Assembly (NCBI RefSeq): GCF_036971445.1
Contig: NC_091469.1
Coordinates: forward strand, 136,028,001-136,092,000
DNA length: 64,000 nucleotides
Reading direction: 5' to 3'
Origin: Narcine bancroftii
Taxonomy: Eukaryota
In this document: in pieces, positions 37,452-51,284 of the stretch
Layout: each line of letters opens with the position of its first letter
How positions within the stretch are numbered: position 1 is the first letter of the stretch
Made by a program: the position numbers and the translations under genes
The notes under the pieces: model-generated
What the model was told of the DNA's origin: nothing
The model's database searches: none
What the model saw: only the letters and a program-made list of their open reading frames with translations

Positions 37452-38005
37452 TAGTCAGTCGTCATTATCCCGTCTGCACCTGCTGCAGAATGTTGCAGCA
37501 AAGCTCCTGACAGGAGCCAAGAAGAGGGACCATATTTCTCCTGTTCTGGCCTCCCTTCACTGGTTGCCTGTATGGCACAGGATCGATTTTAAAGTTCTCC
37601 AGTTTGTTTACAAAACCTTTAATGGACTAGCCCCCTCCTATATCACTGATCTCCTAACGCCCTACTCCACTTCAAGACCCGTCAGATCGACCATTTTAGG
37701 GTGCTTGGTTGTTCCGCGCTCAAATCACAAACTCAGGGGAGATCGCACCTTTGCTATTGCAGCCCCAAAACTGTGGAACAACGTTTCTCCCTCCATCAAA
37801 TCTAGGTTAAAGTTGTATTTTTATTCGTAATTGTTTTGAGGAGATTGCTGATTGCTACCATGTTGTATGTACAATTCTGAACCTCGGGTACCCATTTTAT
37901 ACTGCACTTTAAATAGCTGCTTAATTTAAGATGTAACATGATCTGTACAGAACTTTAGTCAATGTGAGTTGTTTTAAATGTGCAATATGAATAAACTAAA
38001 CTAAA
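37452..38005 (+). mobile_element. L2 LINE 3' fragment
   Basis: LLQNVAAKLLTGAKKRDHISPVLASLHWLPVWHRIDFKVL..GLAPSYI..FAIAAPKLWN; tail aataaactaaactaaa. Confidence 0.9.
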
Positions 38006-38189
38006 ATAATCAATAACCTAAAAGAGGACAACAAAGTTTTTTCAGATATATAAAGAGTAAAAGAGAAGCAGGAGTGAAGATCAGACTACTGGAAAACAAT
38101 GAAATGGTGGAAAAATTGAATAGATATTTTGCATTATTTTTCACTGTTAAAGACACCAGAGATGTTCCAGAAATCTGAGAGAATCGGGG

Positions 38190-38835
38190 AAAGAAATAAA
38201 GGAAGAAATTGTTGAGTCCATATTATATAAAAAAAAAGACCTGAATGAAAACTGGAATTGCTTGAAATAGACATTAAAAACTTAGTTAATATTTTCATTT
38301 TAACTACATTAATATGACCTATTAAAGATAATGATAAAGGAAACCTTCTGGAAAAAGTCAATCTCACATACTCGAATAGAGAAAATAAAATTGATTTTAT
38401 ATAAATCTTTAAATTGTTTAGTAATTTTAACCCCTAAGTAGGTGAAATTATCTCTGACAATCTTTACTCGAACTTGAGGGCAGATAGGGATCTGCATATT
38501 AATTAGAAAAAAAGTTCACTTTTATGAAAGTTTAATTTATATCCAGAGAAAGAGCTGAATTGAGAAAACACAGATAACATAGCTGGGTTAGATCTATCGG
38601 GATTTGAAATATAAACTAATAGGTCATCTGCATAAAAAGAAACCTTATGAGTTACTCCATTTCTGACAAACCGTTGAACCTCATGGGCTATTGCCCGAGG
38701 TTCTAAATCTAGATCAAATAGCAAGGAGCTAAGGGGACATCCTTGTCTAGTTCCCCTAAAGAGCCTAACTAAGGAGGATTTGTTATTATTCGTAACCACC
38801 ATATCTAAGGGGGTACTATAAATCAATTTAATCTG
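38190..38835 (-). mobile_element. L1 LINE RT fragment
   Basis: RGTRQGCPLS..HKVSFYADDLLVYIS..FSGYKLN and FTYLGVKIT. Confidence 0.9.
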
Positions 38836-39489
38836 TACTACTTTTGGCCACGGTAAGTACTTGTGTCATTCAGGGCATTAGCAGCTCTGGATGGGCAGCC
38901 GAGACATAGGCATGAGTCGGTGATCAGGGTGTTGGGAATGCAGATGGGAAGGTGGGTGAGACCAGGAGGTAAATCCACGTTCGGGGCCTCGGGGACTTAA
39001 ATGGGTGGGTGGCCAGGATCTAGGCAAGAGTCGGCAGTTGGTGAGTCAGGAGCTCGGATGGGTGGGCAGAGCTAAGAAAAGGGTGGGGGGTAGGGTCGAC
39101 TTTTATAAGTTTACAACTTGTACGTATGCATACCAAATATTTTCAACTGCAAGGCAAGCCCACTAAAACTACCATTGTTAGCACCGGCTCTTACGATTCC
39201 TACCTCAGCAAACATTTTCTCGTGAGCCGCACATTACATGTCAAAGAATCGCATGTGGCCTGTGAACTGGTTTGGCCGCCCCTGCTGTAGGCCCTGGACA
39301 CACACTTTTCTCCTTCCTCCATTCAGAGAAAATGTGAAAACTTGCACCAGCAGGCATAAAGATACATTTTGGAGGTTGGGAGGAAACTGGAGCACCTGTG
39401 GAAAATCCACACAGACATGTGGGAAAATGCTGGATTAAAGCCTGGGTCGCTAGTGCTGTAATAGTGTCACGCTAATCACGCCTATAAAA

Positions 39490-39708
39490 NNNNNNNNNNN
39501 NNNNNNNNNNNNNNNNNNNNNNNNNNNNNNNNNNNNNNNNNNNNNNNNNNNNNNNNNNNNNNNNNNNNNNNNNNNNNNNNNNNNNNNNNNNNNNNNNNNN
39601 NNNNNNNNNNNNNNNNNNNNNNNNNNNNNNNNNNNNNNNNNNNNNNNNNNNNNNNNNNNNNNNNNNNNNNNNNNNNNNNNNNNNNNNNNNNNNNNNNNNN
39701 NNNNNNNN
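39490..39708. other. Assembly gap (219 N)
   Basis: Run of N. Confidence 1.
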
Positions 39709-40824
39709 TATTAGTACTAACCGAACCGCAACGGTAAAGTAAGGTGATGTGCAACAATTCTTAATTGATGAACATAGGATGGTAGAGTGCTGTGGAAACA
39801 TGGAGCTGTGGAAATGTGTGAACTGCAAAGTAAGGTACAGACCCATGGAAGAAAGATGTGGGGCTGTGCATCTTGGTCTGCTCTGGCAATCGGGCATCTT
39901 TTCTGGGGGCTAGGCCTCCAGACTTCAACGTTGTTTACTGCCAATGGCCAAGGTAGAGACGCTGCAGTGTGCTTTGCACAGGTGTGCCAGAGTGGGCTGT
40001 GTCGTGCGCCTGGGCTTGGAGGATCTGGAGGTCTGATTGTCCTGCGCTGGAAGTGTTGGGGAGCCCGGAGGTTCTGGAGGCTGTGCCGTCTTGGAGAACA
40101 GGGATCTATGATGGAAGGTGTGGTTGGTGAGGAGGTCATTGGGTCTCTCTATCACTATGGTGCCGAAGCTTGCGGGCCTGTATGTGAACTGTGTGGCAAT
40201 TCTTCACTTCAAGCTACTAACCTTTTTAAAATCTAAGTCTACAAAAATGTAACTTGGTTCTACTGTGACTACTGTCTAGTATTTCATCTTTTACTATATT
40301 GTTTACACTATATTTTTATTCACTATGTAGCTCTGTGTAGGTGTGTTTCAGGTTCTTGTAATTTTTTTTGTTTTGTCTGGTGTCAGAATGGTGTAATCTT
40401 GTGTTGTCTACGTTGATCTTTGTGTAATCTTGTGATGTATAGGTAGCATTATGGTTTGGGGGAATGTTATTTTGTTTATAACTCTGTACTGTTTTACAGT
40501 CTGGTTTCAAATGACAATAAAGGCCTCATATTTTAAGTTCCCAGACTCCCGGCACTCTGCTTTAATCTCTCCTGCAGACTTCTTAAATTTCACTTGCTAC
40601 CTCAACTTTGCCAACTTTTAATAACCAGTGCAGTTCAAATTCAAATTTATTATAAACTTTTAAAATTATTTTTATTTATTTACAACATGGTAGAAGCTGA
40701 TTCTGGCCATTTAAACTGGTCCCGCCCAATTACACCCAAATTAACCTGTACAAATTTCTCCCAAACATTTTGGAGGGTGGAAGAAAACTGGCGCACCCAA
40801 AGAAAACCAATGCAGACATAGAGA

Positions 40825-41806
40825 TATGTCAGAGTAGATAGATATGTTTTTGGGAGATAAATTGGGAAAATTTTGTTAGAGTAGGTTACATAGAAACACT
40901 TTAAATCAGATCTTATTTGAAATACTGGAGTTCTGTTAATGCTAAACATATCGCGCCTCACAGCTTTTTCAAGAGCTTTGGAGAATGCCCAAGTGACTTC
41001 ACTAATGGATTGTTGTTTACAAAAGGCAACAAATGAAAAATTTTTTTGGAGCCACCTTCTGTCTAGAGTAGAGCTTGTTGTTCTAAGAGAGTCATGCGAT
41101 TTTGCAAGCAGAGAGAGTCAAACAGGCTTTCTCTCAAAGAGATGACTTGAACAGTGTTACAGCCAGCAGAAGCAGCTGGGACTGGAACAGGTCAAGCTGG
41201 CAAGCTTGTGGAAAACCCCATTTGGAAGATGGGTTGTGAGTTATTATTTTAGTCTGGTCAAAGCCCTCGTGGTTCATGCAAGAGGAGAAGACTGCCTGTC
41301 TAATGTTTCATTTGGAATAAAGGAAACAAAAGGAAATCTGTGGTGACCTGAAAGAAAGAGGTTATCATCTGGAGAACCCTGAAGGGACAAGTTTCATCAG
41401 CAAGACACTGGAGTGGCTGATTAAAAAGGAATCAGTTGTGGATGTCCTGGAACAACAAATCTCTCTCTGAAAACTGACAAGGTAACCATTTACCTTTCAA
41501 GCACCAAAGCCTGGTGAACTTTATAAATGTTAAATTCTGTGCACAGTATAAGAATTGCCTGCAACCAGTGAACTTGGAGGTATGAGAAGTGAGATTGGAT
41601 TGTGAACCAAAGAATTTTTCTGAACATACGCATACACATGTGCTTAGAATTAGAAGGGGATTAAGTTAGGCTATTTAAGTCAATAGCGATAAGTTTAATT
41701 ATATTTTCATGTTTAAAGATAATTAAAAGCTACTTTTGTTTAAGTAACCATTGTCTTGGTGAGTATCTATTGCTGCTGGGTTTTGGGGTCCTCTGGGCTC
41801 GTAACA
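40825..41806 (+). mobile_element. Solo LTR (family A)
   Basis: Homologous to 25327-26417; ends ctctgggctcgtaaca; 4-bp TSD GAGA (40821-40824, 41807-41810); splits a minus-strand SINE. Confidence 0.9.
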
Positions 41807-42239
41807 GAGAAAATATATAAACTCTCAACTGAAAGCTCCAGAATCAAGACCGGGTCGCTAGCACTGTCAAAGCATTGCGCTAACTGTCCCATCATATACA
41901 ACCAGATGCAACAGTGTTTCTCTGGACCATGGTGCACATACTATACACCGAACCACGGATGACACACATAGCCAGAGCAGCTGCTGCAACCATGTGCTCT
42001 CGTATTTTTCTTACCTTTTAAAACCTTTTACAACTTAATATACTGAGTCACTTTCATTGCCAACAATTGTACAGTATTTGTGTTTGGTTGAGGATGTATT
42101 TGCTATCAAGTTCAACTTTGAAAAGGAATCCAATAAGTTTTCATGGCCAGCAGCATTTAGATTGAGCCAAATTATCACCTGTGCCTGAGCCATGTTTGTT
42201 CCATGACATAAAAATGTACCAAAGATTTCCTAAGAAATA

Positions 42240-42505
42240 GGGTGGTATGGTCAGCGTAGCTCTTAGCACAACATTGTTACAGGACAAGTGATCAGGACAA
42301 GGGTTCGAATCCCCGGCCGTCTGTAAGGAGTTTGCACTTTCTCCCTGGGTCTGCGTGGGTTTTCCCTGGGGACTCTAGTTTCCTCCTGCCATTCAAAAAC
42401 ATACTGGGGTGGGGGGGTGGGGTTGTAGGTTAATTGGGTGTAATTGGACAGGACAGGCCCGTGGGCCTAAAAGGCCTGCTACCATTCTGTGCGACTAATT
42501 TTTTT
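42240..42505 (+). mobile_element. tRNA-derived SINE
   Basis: Head 'tggtcagcgtagc..gggttcgaatccc' and the family body and tail. Confidence 0.8.
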
Positions 42506-42896
42506 TAAAATGTAACATTTTCTCCAAATTTTGTCCCCTTATCTTGAAATTCAATCATATCGAGGGCCAATATGAAGAGCAGCAAACCATTCTAAATGAA
42601 CTTTTAATTATAATTTTAAGCATAATTTTGTGATGTGTAGGTCAGTTTATTCAGCTTGCTTCACAGTGAAAAGCGATGCCCAGAGTCCTCAATTTTTTTG
42701 AGACCAACCATTGTTTGTGTGGCCTTCCCAGAGGGTGAGAGGCTCGTTACGTTATTTGTATATTTGTTGTTTTATTATTTTATTAGCAGTTTACTAATAT
42801 TTTTACTTTCAGTTTTTATGGTAATTTCATAAACACATCTTTTTTTAAACGACATTTTTAATTTAGACACACTGCACGCTAACAGGTCCTTCCAAT

Positions 42897-43400
42897 TGTT
42901 AGGTCTGCTTTGTTCATGAATGAGTGAGACAAACACCAGGCTGAGTCGAAATCAGGGTTCTTTGTTCTTTATTACCGGATTGTAACACTTGCGACCAACC
43001 AAGTTAGCCGGAGAATGCATTCTGCCGTTATCAGCAAAATGGTGATTTTTTATACCCTTGGATACATGCTTAGAACATCATCATATCATTACTTGTCCAA
43101 TGACTAAAACTGTTGCTATCCTTTCCCTGCTAGCTTCCTGCCTCTCAATCCATCAATGTCTCTCTTAAACTGTTGCTATCCTTTCCCTGCTAGCTTCCTG
43201 CCTCTCAATCCATCAATGTCTCTCTTATCTTGTAAGTACAAGGATGCATTCTGTTACTCCTTAGTACTGGGTGACTCCTTCTCCGGTCCCATCTCATGAT
43301 GTTTTACCTAACAGGAGTACAAGGACACCTCCCCTTCTTGTTACTGCCCTGTACCGGGTAACTCCCTACACATTCCCATCTCATGATGTTTTACCTTACA
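42897..43400 (-). mobile_element. Solo LTR (family B, ~504 bp)
   Basis: TG...CA ends, minus-strand AATAAA near 42970, a perfect internal 60-bp tandem duplication (43107-43226); interrupts a SINE. Confidence 0.7.
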
Positions 43401-43639
43401 CAGCCCAGAGACCATTTTGCCCACTTACCCCAATTTTAAGTCCAATCCCTGTACATTTTGAAAGGTGGGAGGTAATTGGAGCATCCAGAAGAAAACCCAT
43501 GCAGACACGAGGAGAACGCACAAACTCCTTATGGACAGCACGGGATTTGCACCCGGATACTGACACTAATGGAGTTGTGCTAACTCTTATGCTCCCCTTT
43601 ATTCTTTGGATTTGTTGAAGTGTTCATTCTCCATCATTA

Positions 43640-44900
43640 ATCCAAAACCTTGAAGCATACTTTTATAAATTATAGCTCTTCTTTCAACAAAATAGTTCCA
43701 AAGTTGTCTCCAAACTCCTGGATCTTAGCACTCCCTCTGCAACTGGATCCTTGACTTAAATCCGTAACCAGTAAAGATCTGCGACAACCCCTCCCCTACG
43801 AAAATCCTGAAAACTGATGGTCCACAAGCTGTACATTCAGCCTCTCACAGAACATTATATATACGCTCAACTGTGTGATCAAACACTGTTGGACTCACAT
43901 CTCTAATACCACAAGACCTGTCTGCATTATTGAAATGCAATTTAACTTTTTCTTGAACTACTGAATTAGTTAATAAATATACACAATATTTTATATTTCT
44001 CTCCATAACGAGATTTAATGTATATTGGAGTTATTTTTCTCTATAAAATTATTTTGTTTTGAATATTTTATTTATAATTTTGCAAACTCAAACCGTGTCA
44101 ACAATCCATAATAATCCATAATAATAAAAACACACTACATTTTCCAATTATATACAAGCTTCATGTTGAGTCCAATTCCCATCTCATCCATCCCTCCCCT
44201 TATCCCAATTAATGTATCCTGAGACAAAATTAAATAGACAATTATACTGAAAAGAGAGTTTGGCTGCAGCAAGTGAGAATTTCAGGCATATGTACATCAT
44301 ACTTCTGTGTCTGACAATAAACTCCCTATCATTATCAGCAAGATTGTGACTGTTTGATGGCTGGAACTCAAACAATGACAAGAAGGAGATAAAGACTGTT
44401 CAGGCTTGGAATCTAGCCAACAACCATTCCCTGAATGTCAACAAAACAAACTGGCTTGTCCACTTCAGGCAGTGGGATGGAGCACAAGTCTGTATCCATG
44501 GGGCTGAGGTGGAGATTGTAGAGTTCATGCTTAGGCATAAATATCACCAATCTGTTCTGCTCCAACCTCACAGATACTACAGCCAAGAAGGCAAAAAAAA
44601 AGGTGCACCAATGCCAATATATCCTGAGAAGCCTAAAGAAATTCTGCATGTCCCCAATATCTCTTACTGATTTTTATAGCTGCACCAGAGAAAGTGGTGC
44701 AGTTACATGACAGCTTGCAACAGGAACCAGTCTGTCCAGGACTGCAAGAATTGTGAAGTTGCAAATGCCGTTCAGGCCATTAAGCAAACTAACCTCCCTT
44801 CCAATGGTCCACATTTCCTGCTGCCTTCGAAAAATTGCCAACATTTTACAAGACCCATCCCATTCTGGTCTTGGTCTCGTCTCCTCTCTCCCTTGTTTGT
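43640..44900 (+). mobile_element. Decayed Rex1/Babar LINE fragments
   Basis: 'ctctgcaactggatccttgac' (LCNWILD) and further Rex1 ORF remnants, interrupted by AT-rich inserts. Confidence 0.6.
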
Positions 44901-44904
44901 ACAT

Positions 44905-45995
44905 AGACTACTAAAGCACAGTGCAGGTTTGTGCGACATATTTTTCTTATTAAAAAAATGTACTAATCCCTCTCTACACCGCAACCCTTTATTTTTTTAT
45001 TCCATCTATGTGGCTGTCTAAGAATCTCTTAAATGCCCCTAATTTTTCAGACTCCACCATCACCCAGGCAAGGCACCCACAACTCTCTGCATAAAAAAAA
45101 TGTACCCCTGAAGTTTCCTCTAAATTTCCCTCCTTTCACGTTGTCTGCATAATCTATCCTTAAGAATCCTCTCCAATAGTTTGCACACCACTAAGACTCA
45201 CCAGTCTATAATTCCCAGGATTCTCCCTATTACCTTACATAAACAAGGGGACTACATTTGCCTTTCTTCAATGCTCCGGCACCTCCCCTGTGACCAAAGA
45301 AGGCTCAAAGATCATAGCTACTGCCTCAGCTCTCTCTTCTCTTACTTCCCACAACAACCTGGGGTATATCGCATCTGGCCCCAGGGACTTATGAAGCTTA
45401 ATGTTTTTAAGAAGATCCAACACATCCTTAATTTCATCATTATCCAGCACACAAGCCTCATATATTCGGACCTTACCCTGATCAAGGTCCTGTTTCATTG
45501 TGAATACTGAAGCAAAGTATTCATTTAGGATCTCCCCACCATCATCCACCACCAAGCACACGTTGGCTCCTTTATCCTTTAGCTTCATTCTCATCATTTT
45601 TCTGTTCTTCAGGTAAGCATAGAATGCCTTGGAGTTCTCCTTATTCCTATCCATGGTTCCTTTTTCCTACCATCCTTTCCGTGTCCCAGTGGGACAAACC
45701 TATCCTGAACCTAACACAAGAGGTGCCTAAGCTTCTGCCACATTAAATCAGTGCTTTCACCCTTGAACATCTGTTTCCAGTTTACTCTTGATAATTCCTG
45801 CCTCACCCCATCGTAATTGCCCCTTCCCCAATTAAACACTTTCCCATTTTGTTTGCTTTTATCTTGATTCATAGTTATGCTAAAATTCAGGGAGTTGTGG
45901 TCCCTCTCACCAAAAAATCACCTCCACCGAGAGGTCCGCCACCTGTTCAGATTCATTATCCAGAATTAGATGTAGTATGGCCTCTTCTCTTCTTG
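44905..45995 (-). mobile_element. CR1 LINE fragment
   Basis: NSKAFYAYLK..LNEYFASVFT..KSLGPDAIYPRLLWE (ORF 45268-45654). Confidence 0.85.
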
Positions 45996-48395
45996 GCTGT
46001 TACCACCTTTTGTTGTTTTCCTCTTCAGTTTCTTCCTTTTCCTTTTTCCCACTGCCGAGCACGTGCTTTCTTCAGAGGAGCTGGAAATGATGAGGGCACC
46101 AAAGCCCCTGTAGAATGAAACTCTGTATATCTGATGTCATGCGCACACGTGCGCTTTTCCATAAAACTCCCCATCCCCCTACCCCAACACCTGCTTCCCT
46201 GAAATCCCTGCTGTGTTGTATAAGCGACCGCTTCTGCCATTGTTCAGTCCCCACTACAGTAGTTTAAATGCCCCTTTTTTTGTCGTTTTTTTTAGAGAGG
46301 TGCGGTAGCGGCGCTCCCATGTGCTCCTGCACCACTGCACCCCTGGTTACATGACAATAAACTCCAGAAAAGCTGGCAAGCTATATTGTCTGTGCTGCTG
46401 GCATCCAAACAACTGCAACCTTTTTTAAAACCATTGTTCAGCTTGATTCATTATAGTGACTTGACACAATTTCAGCAAACATGTTACAAATATATTTTTC
46501 TTTTGTTAACCTAAATGGATTTCAATAGGCATTTGTCAGAATTTTGTCACTGCACTTTTTTTTAGTTTGACAGACTATTGCCTTGCAGTGAGTGATGCAC
46601 TTTAAAATGTGGTGCCTTGTATCATCCTTCAGCCTGTATTCATTAGGAAACATGACCTATCAAGGTAAGAACCCAAAGACTGCTCAGGAGAAGTTAGTCA
46701 ATTAGTGTATTATTTTGTGGTTTGGTTTGAACAGACATGATTTTTTTTATTACTATGTTAATTAGAAGTTGGATTAATACTGGAAAATGCAAATGTACAG
46801 CTCAAAACATACATGCCAAAATATTGTGAATGCACGTCATTTTACTAGTTTGTTCCTCTTTATTCTTAACATTTTATTTTGCCCTAATCAAAATTAAATC
46901 TCGGAAGTTTGGAGAAAACTACATTTGATAGCACTGAAAATAGGATATGTCTAGCATATCAATGGCGATCAAACTACATCCTTTAGAGAGCCGAACTCTG
47001 CTTCAAAGCAACGAACTGGTAGAGTAACAATATAACATTGGCCTCTCAATGCACTGCAATCAAACCTTTGCAATGGCTTAATGGTCAATGAGATGGTTTC
47101 TAAGGAAGGGGAAGGGAAGGGAGGAAGAAGGAAAGGTAAGTGTCCAAATAACCTTCAAGTCTTGTTGCACTCTATTCTGACGACTTATCTGGGTAGTAAA
47201 TGCAGATCATTTGTAGCATGAATATGGACACAAGCACGTACACGCCCTCGTACAAATGCACACATAAATTTCAGCCGCAATTTGCACTTAATGTAATACA
47301 GTTTTTCAACTCTGAGCAAGTTGGGAAAGAAAAAACTGAGCTGAGATATTTTTTTCATGTCGGTTGCTAAGCAGAGTGTGATGTTTGTCTTTATGCTGCA
47401 CTATTCATGGAGTAATCCATGCCAAATTATCTGCTTGATAAATGGAGAATACAGTAAGTGCTCACGTAAGATACAGGAGCCCATCAAGTCTGGTTTGCCA
47501 TTCTATCGTTAACTGATCCATTCTTCCACTTACCACCATTTTCCTGCCTTTTCCCCTATTACCTTTGATATCCTGACTATTCAGATACCTATTAATGACT
47601 GTCTTAATGACAGCCTCCACAGATGCCTGCCTACCTGCTCCCTGTTCATAACCCTCCAATCCTCTCATGTCCATGCACTTATCCAACCTTCTCGTAAAGG
47701 ACAAAATTGACCCTGCTGCTACCACCTCTCCAAAGGTTCACCGCTCTCTGGTGAAAGAAATTCCACCACATCTCTTTTTTTTAAATTGGCACCCTTCAAT
47801 CCTGAAGTTGTGCCCTCTTGTCGTAGCCTCCCCAACCATGGGAAGTATCTTGCGAATACAGTGATACATCTGCTTTCTCCCACAATCAGGAATATATTTT
47901 CTTTATGGACTGAGCAGTTTTTTACAATTTTTTTTTAAAAAACATCAGTTTGGTCCCCCTTTGGTCTTCTCTTCAATTACGATGAGAGTAGATGAATAGA
48001 GATGGTCTCTTGCATTTCTCCATTACATCAGCTGGGACATTGCACTTCACTGCAGCCACAAGATACCTGCACCCAAATTTGTAAAAAATACAAGGCTATT
48101 CCTGAGGGAAACTGGGAGGCAAGGTTAAACCAACTAATGTTGGAAAATATCTCACCTCTGTATTTTTTTGACTCAGTTTATTTTACAGGAGGAATAAAGT
48201 TAACTGTTATTTTTCATGCTTTACTGATGAGAGGCCATGCCATCACTTCAGGCTACTAATTGCCTGTTAATGGGAGCACATGCAAGCCATTGTAATGAAT
48301 GACAACCTGTTAATTGGCTATTAGCAGGATACCAGGACACACTTCCAGCTTGGTAATGGGCAATCAATGCTATGACAGATTCTCCTTCGTGTTCA

Positions 48396-48923
48396 ATCAC
48401 TTTCAGGTGGAATGCAGATCCGGAGCTGGCTGCTGGTGTCTGCGAAGGGACGTTCAGGTGGCAGCACTGAAGGCGGAGTTCTGCCACCTGAAAGGTCCAC
48501 AGCAGGGAGAGGTGCCACAGAGCAAAGGGCGACTCCTGAGTCGGGGCAGGGGCAGCTACCTGACAGCCCCCCGGCGTGGGACTACAGGGCTGGAGCGGCC
48601 GGTGCAGGAATTTGGGGCCCGAAGTCCAGCGCCAGCCACTCCAGCCCTGACATCCCATGCCGGGGGGCTGTCAGGCGTGGGGAGTTGGGCTATCAGGCGT
48701 GGGGAGTTGGGTCACCGGCTGACTGTCATCAGCTAGCCGTTTTGCCTTGCTGCTTTCAGGTGCCTAGGGGGAGCGCTCCGAAGCGGAGAATATACCTCCC
48801 TGAGGTGGGTTGAGTAAGTGCTCCTCGGGGACAGGTTTTCCGCTCTCAGGTGGCCTCCCAACAGCTACATTCGGGTATTTTAGGCGACTTTACATTCGGG
48901 AATTCTGGCCACCTGAAAGCGGC
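48396..48923. mobile_element. PIF/Harbinger-like MITE
   Basis: Inverted termini cactttcaggtgg ... ccacctgaaagcgg, with internal copies of the same motif; GC- and CpG-rich. Confidence 0.65.
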
Positions 48924-50034
48924 AACACTTTTGAAAGTCTGAACAAAGTTTCTAGTTTCAGATTGAAACAGATTTAAAAAAAAATATGCTTTTATTTCAA
49001 ATACATCATGAATAAGAGAAACATGGCCTTCAAACATGAAGTTCTTACTTGAGTGATCAAACTGCTTGTGAATTCTTCGGGAAAAATATAGTCTGTAAAA
49101 TATTTGAATTAGTTTATTTCTTTGCACAATGATGAGTGGACTGGTTCCCCAGCAAGAAACTCTGGATGAAAAGCACCATTCAGGGCAAACAGTGGTCAAA
49201 ATTATTGGCGCAAAAGATTTGTAATCAAAAAGTAAAAAAAGAAAAGTACTGGAAATCTGTGATGGAAATAAAAAAATGCTGCAGCTTTTTGAGAAGTTGG
49301 GCAGCATCTCTAGAATGGTTATTCTTTTTGGTCGTTTCCTTTCACCTTTCATGGGTTATCACCTGATTCTCTTCATCACACCTTGATGAAGGGCTCAAAC
49401 CCAAAACATTGATTATGTATCTTTATCTTTTGTCTATAAAGTACACTCTTTGACCTGCTGAGTTTCTCCAGCAAATATGTTTTTGCTTATATTTTAACTC
49501 TGTTTCTCTCTCCAAATACAGTCTTCTGGAGGAACTCAGTGGGTTTCTCTAGCTGGTTGTGTTTAGCTGCAGATACCAGCATCTGCAGTCTTCATATGTC
49601 TTCTATTTGTGCTGAGCTTTTCTTCCATTTATTATCATTGTATCTTCACTTAATATACCCATTGTCTGATTTCCTGTCCAGACAGTACGCTCTTCGAAGT
49701 AATACGCAGGATTTAGAAATTGACCAGAGAATTTTTTTGTCCAATAGCATTGAAATGACTGAATCAATTCACTTTGCCCCATTTCCCCATGCAAGACTAC
49801 CCATGCATGGGGAAGCCAGTGGATTCCCATAGCTATCCTGAAGTTATCTCACCACCCCCATGCTTCCTTTAAAAATACCATTCTTCTCCTCCATTTCTTC
49901 CAGATGTATATCTATTCTGACGATGATACCAAGGCCATAAGATGTATTCCTTTCACCTTAACTCTGTTTTTTCATCCATCTTAGCTATCAGCGATCACAG
50001 CTACCTATAGTTTTACATATAAAGCAAATAATTT

Positions 50035-50845
50035 TTAACTATATAACCTTATAACAATTACAGTACAGAAACAGGCCATCTCGGCCCCTCTCGTCCTCAT
50101 TGATTTAAGTGATCTCTTCTCGGTCCACCTACCTGTTCCCTGTCCATAACCTTCCAATCCCCTCACATCCATGTACTTATCCAACCTTCTCATAAATGAC
50201 AAAATTGACCCTGTCGCAACTACCTCTTCCGGAAGGTCATTCCACTCAGCCACCGATCTCTGAGTGAAGAAGTTCCCTCTCATGTTACTTCTAAACTTTT
50301 TCCCCCAACCCTTCATTTATGACCCCTCGTTCCAATCTCACCAACCCTCAAGGGGAAGAGCCTATTCTCATCTACTCTATCTATTCCCTTCATAATTTTA
50401 AATACCTCTATCAAATCCCCCCTCAACCTTCTACACTCCAATGAATAAAGGCCCAGTCTACTCAATCTTGCTTTGTATTCTAGATGTTGCCTGCAATCCA
50501 GGCAATATTTTAGTACATCTCTCTGCACCCTCTCTACCTTATTGATATCCTTCCTATAATTTGGGGACCAAAACTGCATGCAGTATTCCTAATTTTACTT
50601 CACTAATGCCTTGAACAGTCTCAACATCACCTCCCAGCTCCCTTATTCTATGCTTTGATTCATAAAGGCCAGCATACCAAAAGCCTTCTTCATCACCCTA
50701 TCTACATGAGAATCCACTTTCAAAGAATGATGAACCATTATTCCAAGATCCCTCTGTTCCTCTGTATTCCTCAATGCCCTCCCCTTCACTGCATGTCCTG
50801 TTTTGATTATTCTTCCCAAAATGAAACTCCATTTTCACACTTACC
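50035..50845 (-). mobile_element. CR1 LINE 3' fragment
   Basis: QFWSPNYRKDINKVERVQR..LRGDLIEVFKIMKG..FFTQR. Confidence 0.9.
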
Positions 50846-51284
50846 TTCCAGAGTAGCTGTTTACACAGAACTTCCTGTGTTCAGATATTGCCGCATGTTT
50901 AGACAAAGTACCATAGGTGCAGTATTTATGTAGACAGGACGTGAGTCAATGTTGCCCGTGATGTATGATGTACATGCATTACACAGCATCACAGCGTCGA
51001 CATTGTCAGTGATGTCACTCATTTGCGTCCAAAAGAGTAACATGGCTCTAGATCCACAGATCCTTTTAACGCCAATATCATTCCAATGATTCAACACAGT
51101 GGTTGACTGATGCTGGTAAGTAGATGTTACCTTGGTTCACATTTAAATGTGGCGAGCTGAACACGTCATTGCATGTCATTATGTACATCGTATTATTGAG
51201 CCCATTGTTGCGGACTGCCTGCAGTTCAGTTTAGACTGAAATTGTCCAGGGCTGCCACAGGAAAATTTTGGAACAGGAATTAGT

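Noticed and set aside
39472-39897. ORFs spanning X runs
   Set aside because: Artefacts of the 219-N assembly gap.
42240-42320. tRNA gene suggested by A/B boxes
   Set aside because: No cloverleaf, and it continues into a SINE body; the same holds for the other SINE heads.
50836-50850. Perfect minus-strand splice donor GAAG|gtaagtg
   Set aside because: It falls at the edge of a CR1 fragment whose sequence supplies 'cacactta', and no matching acceptor was found.
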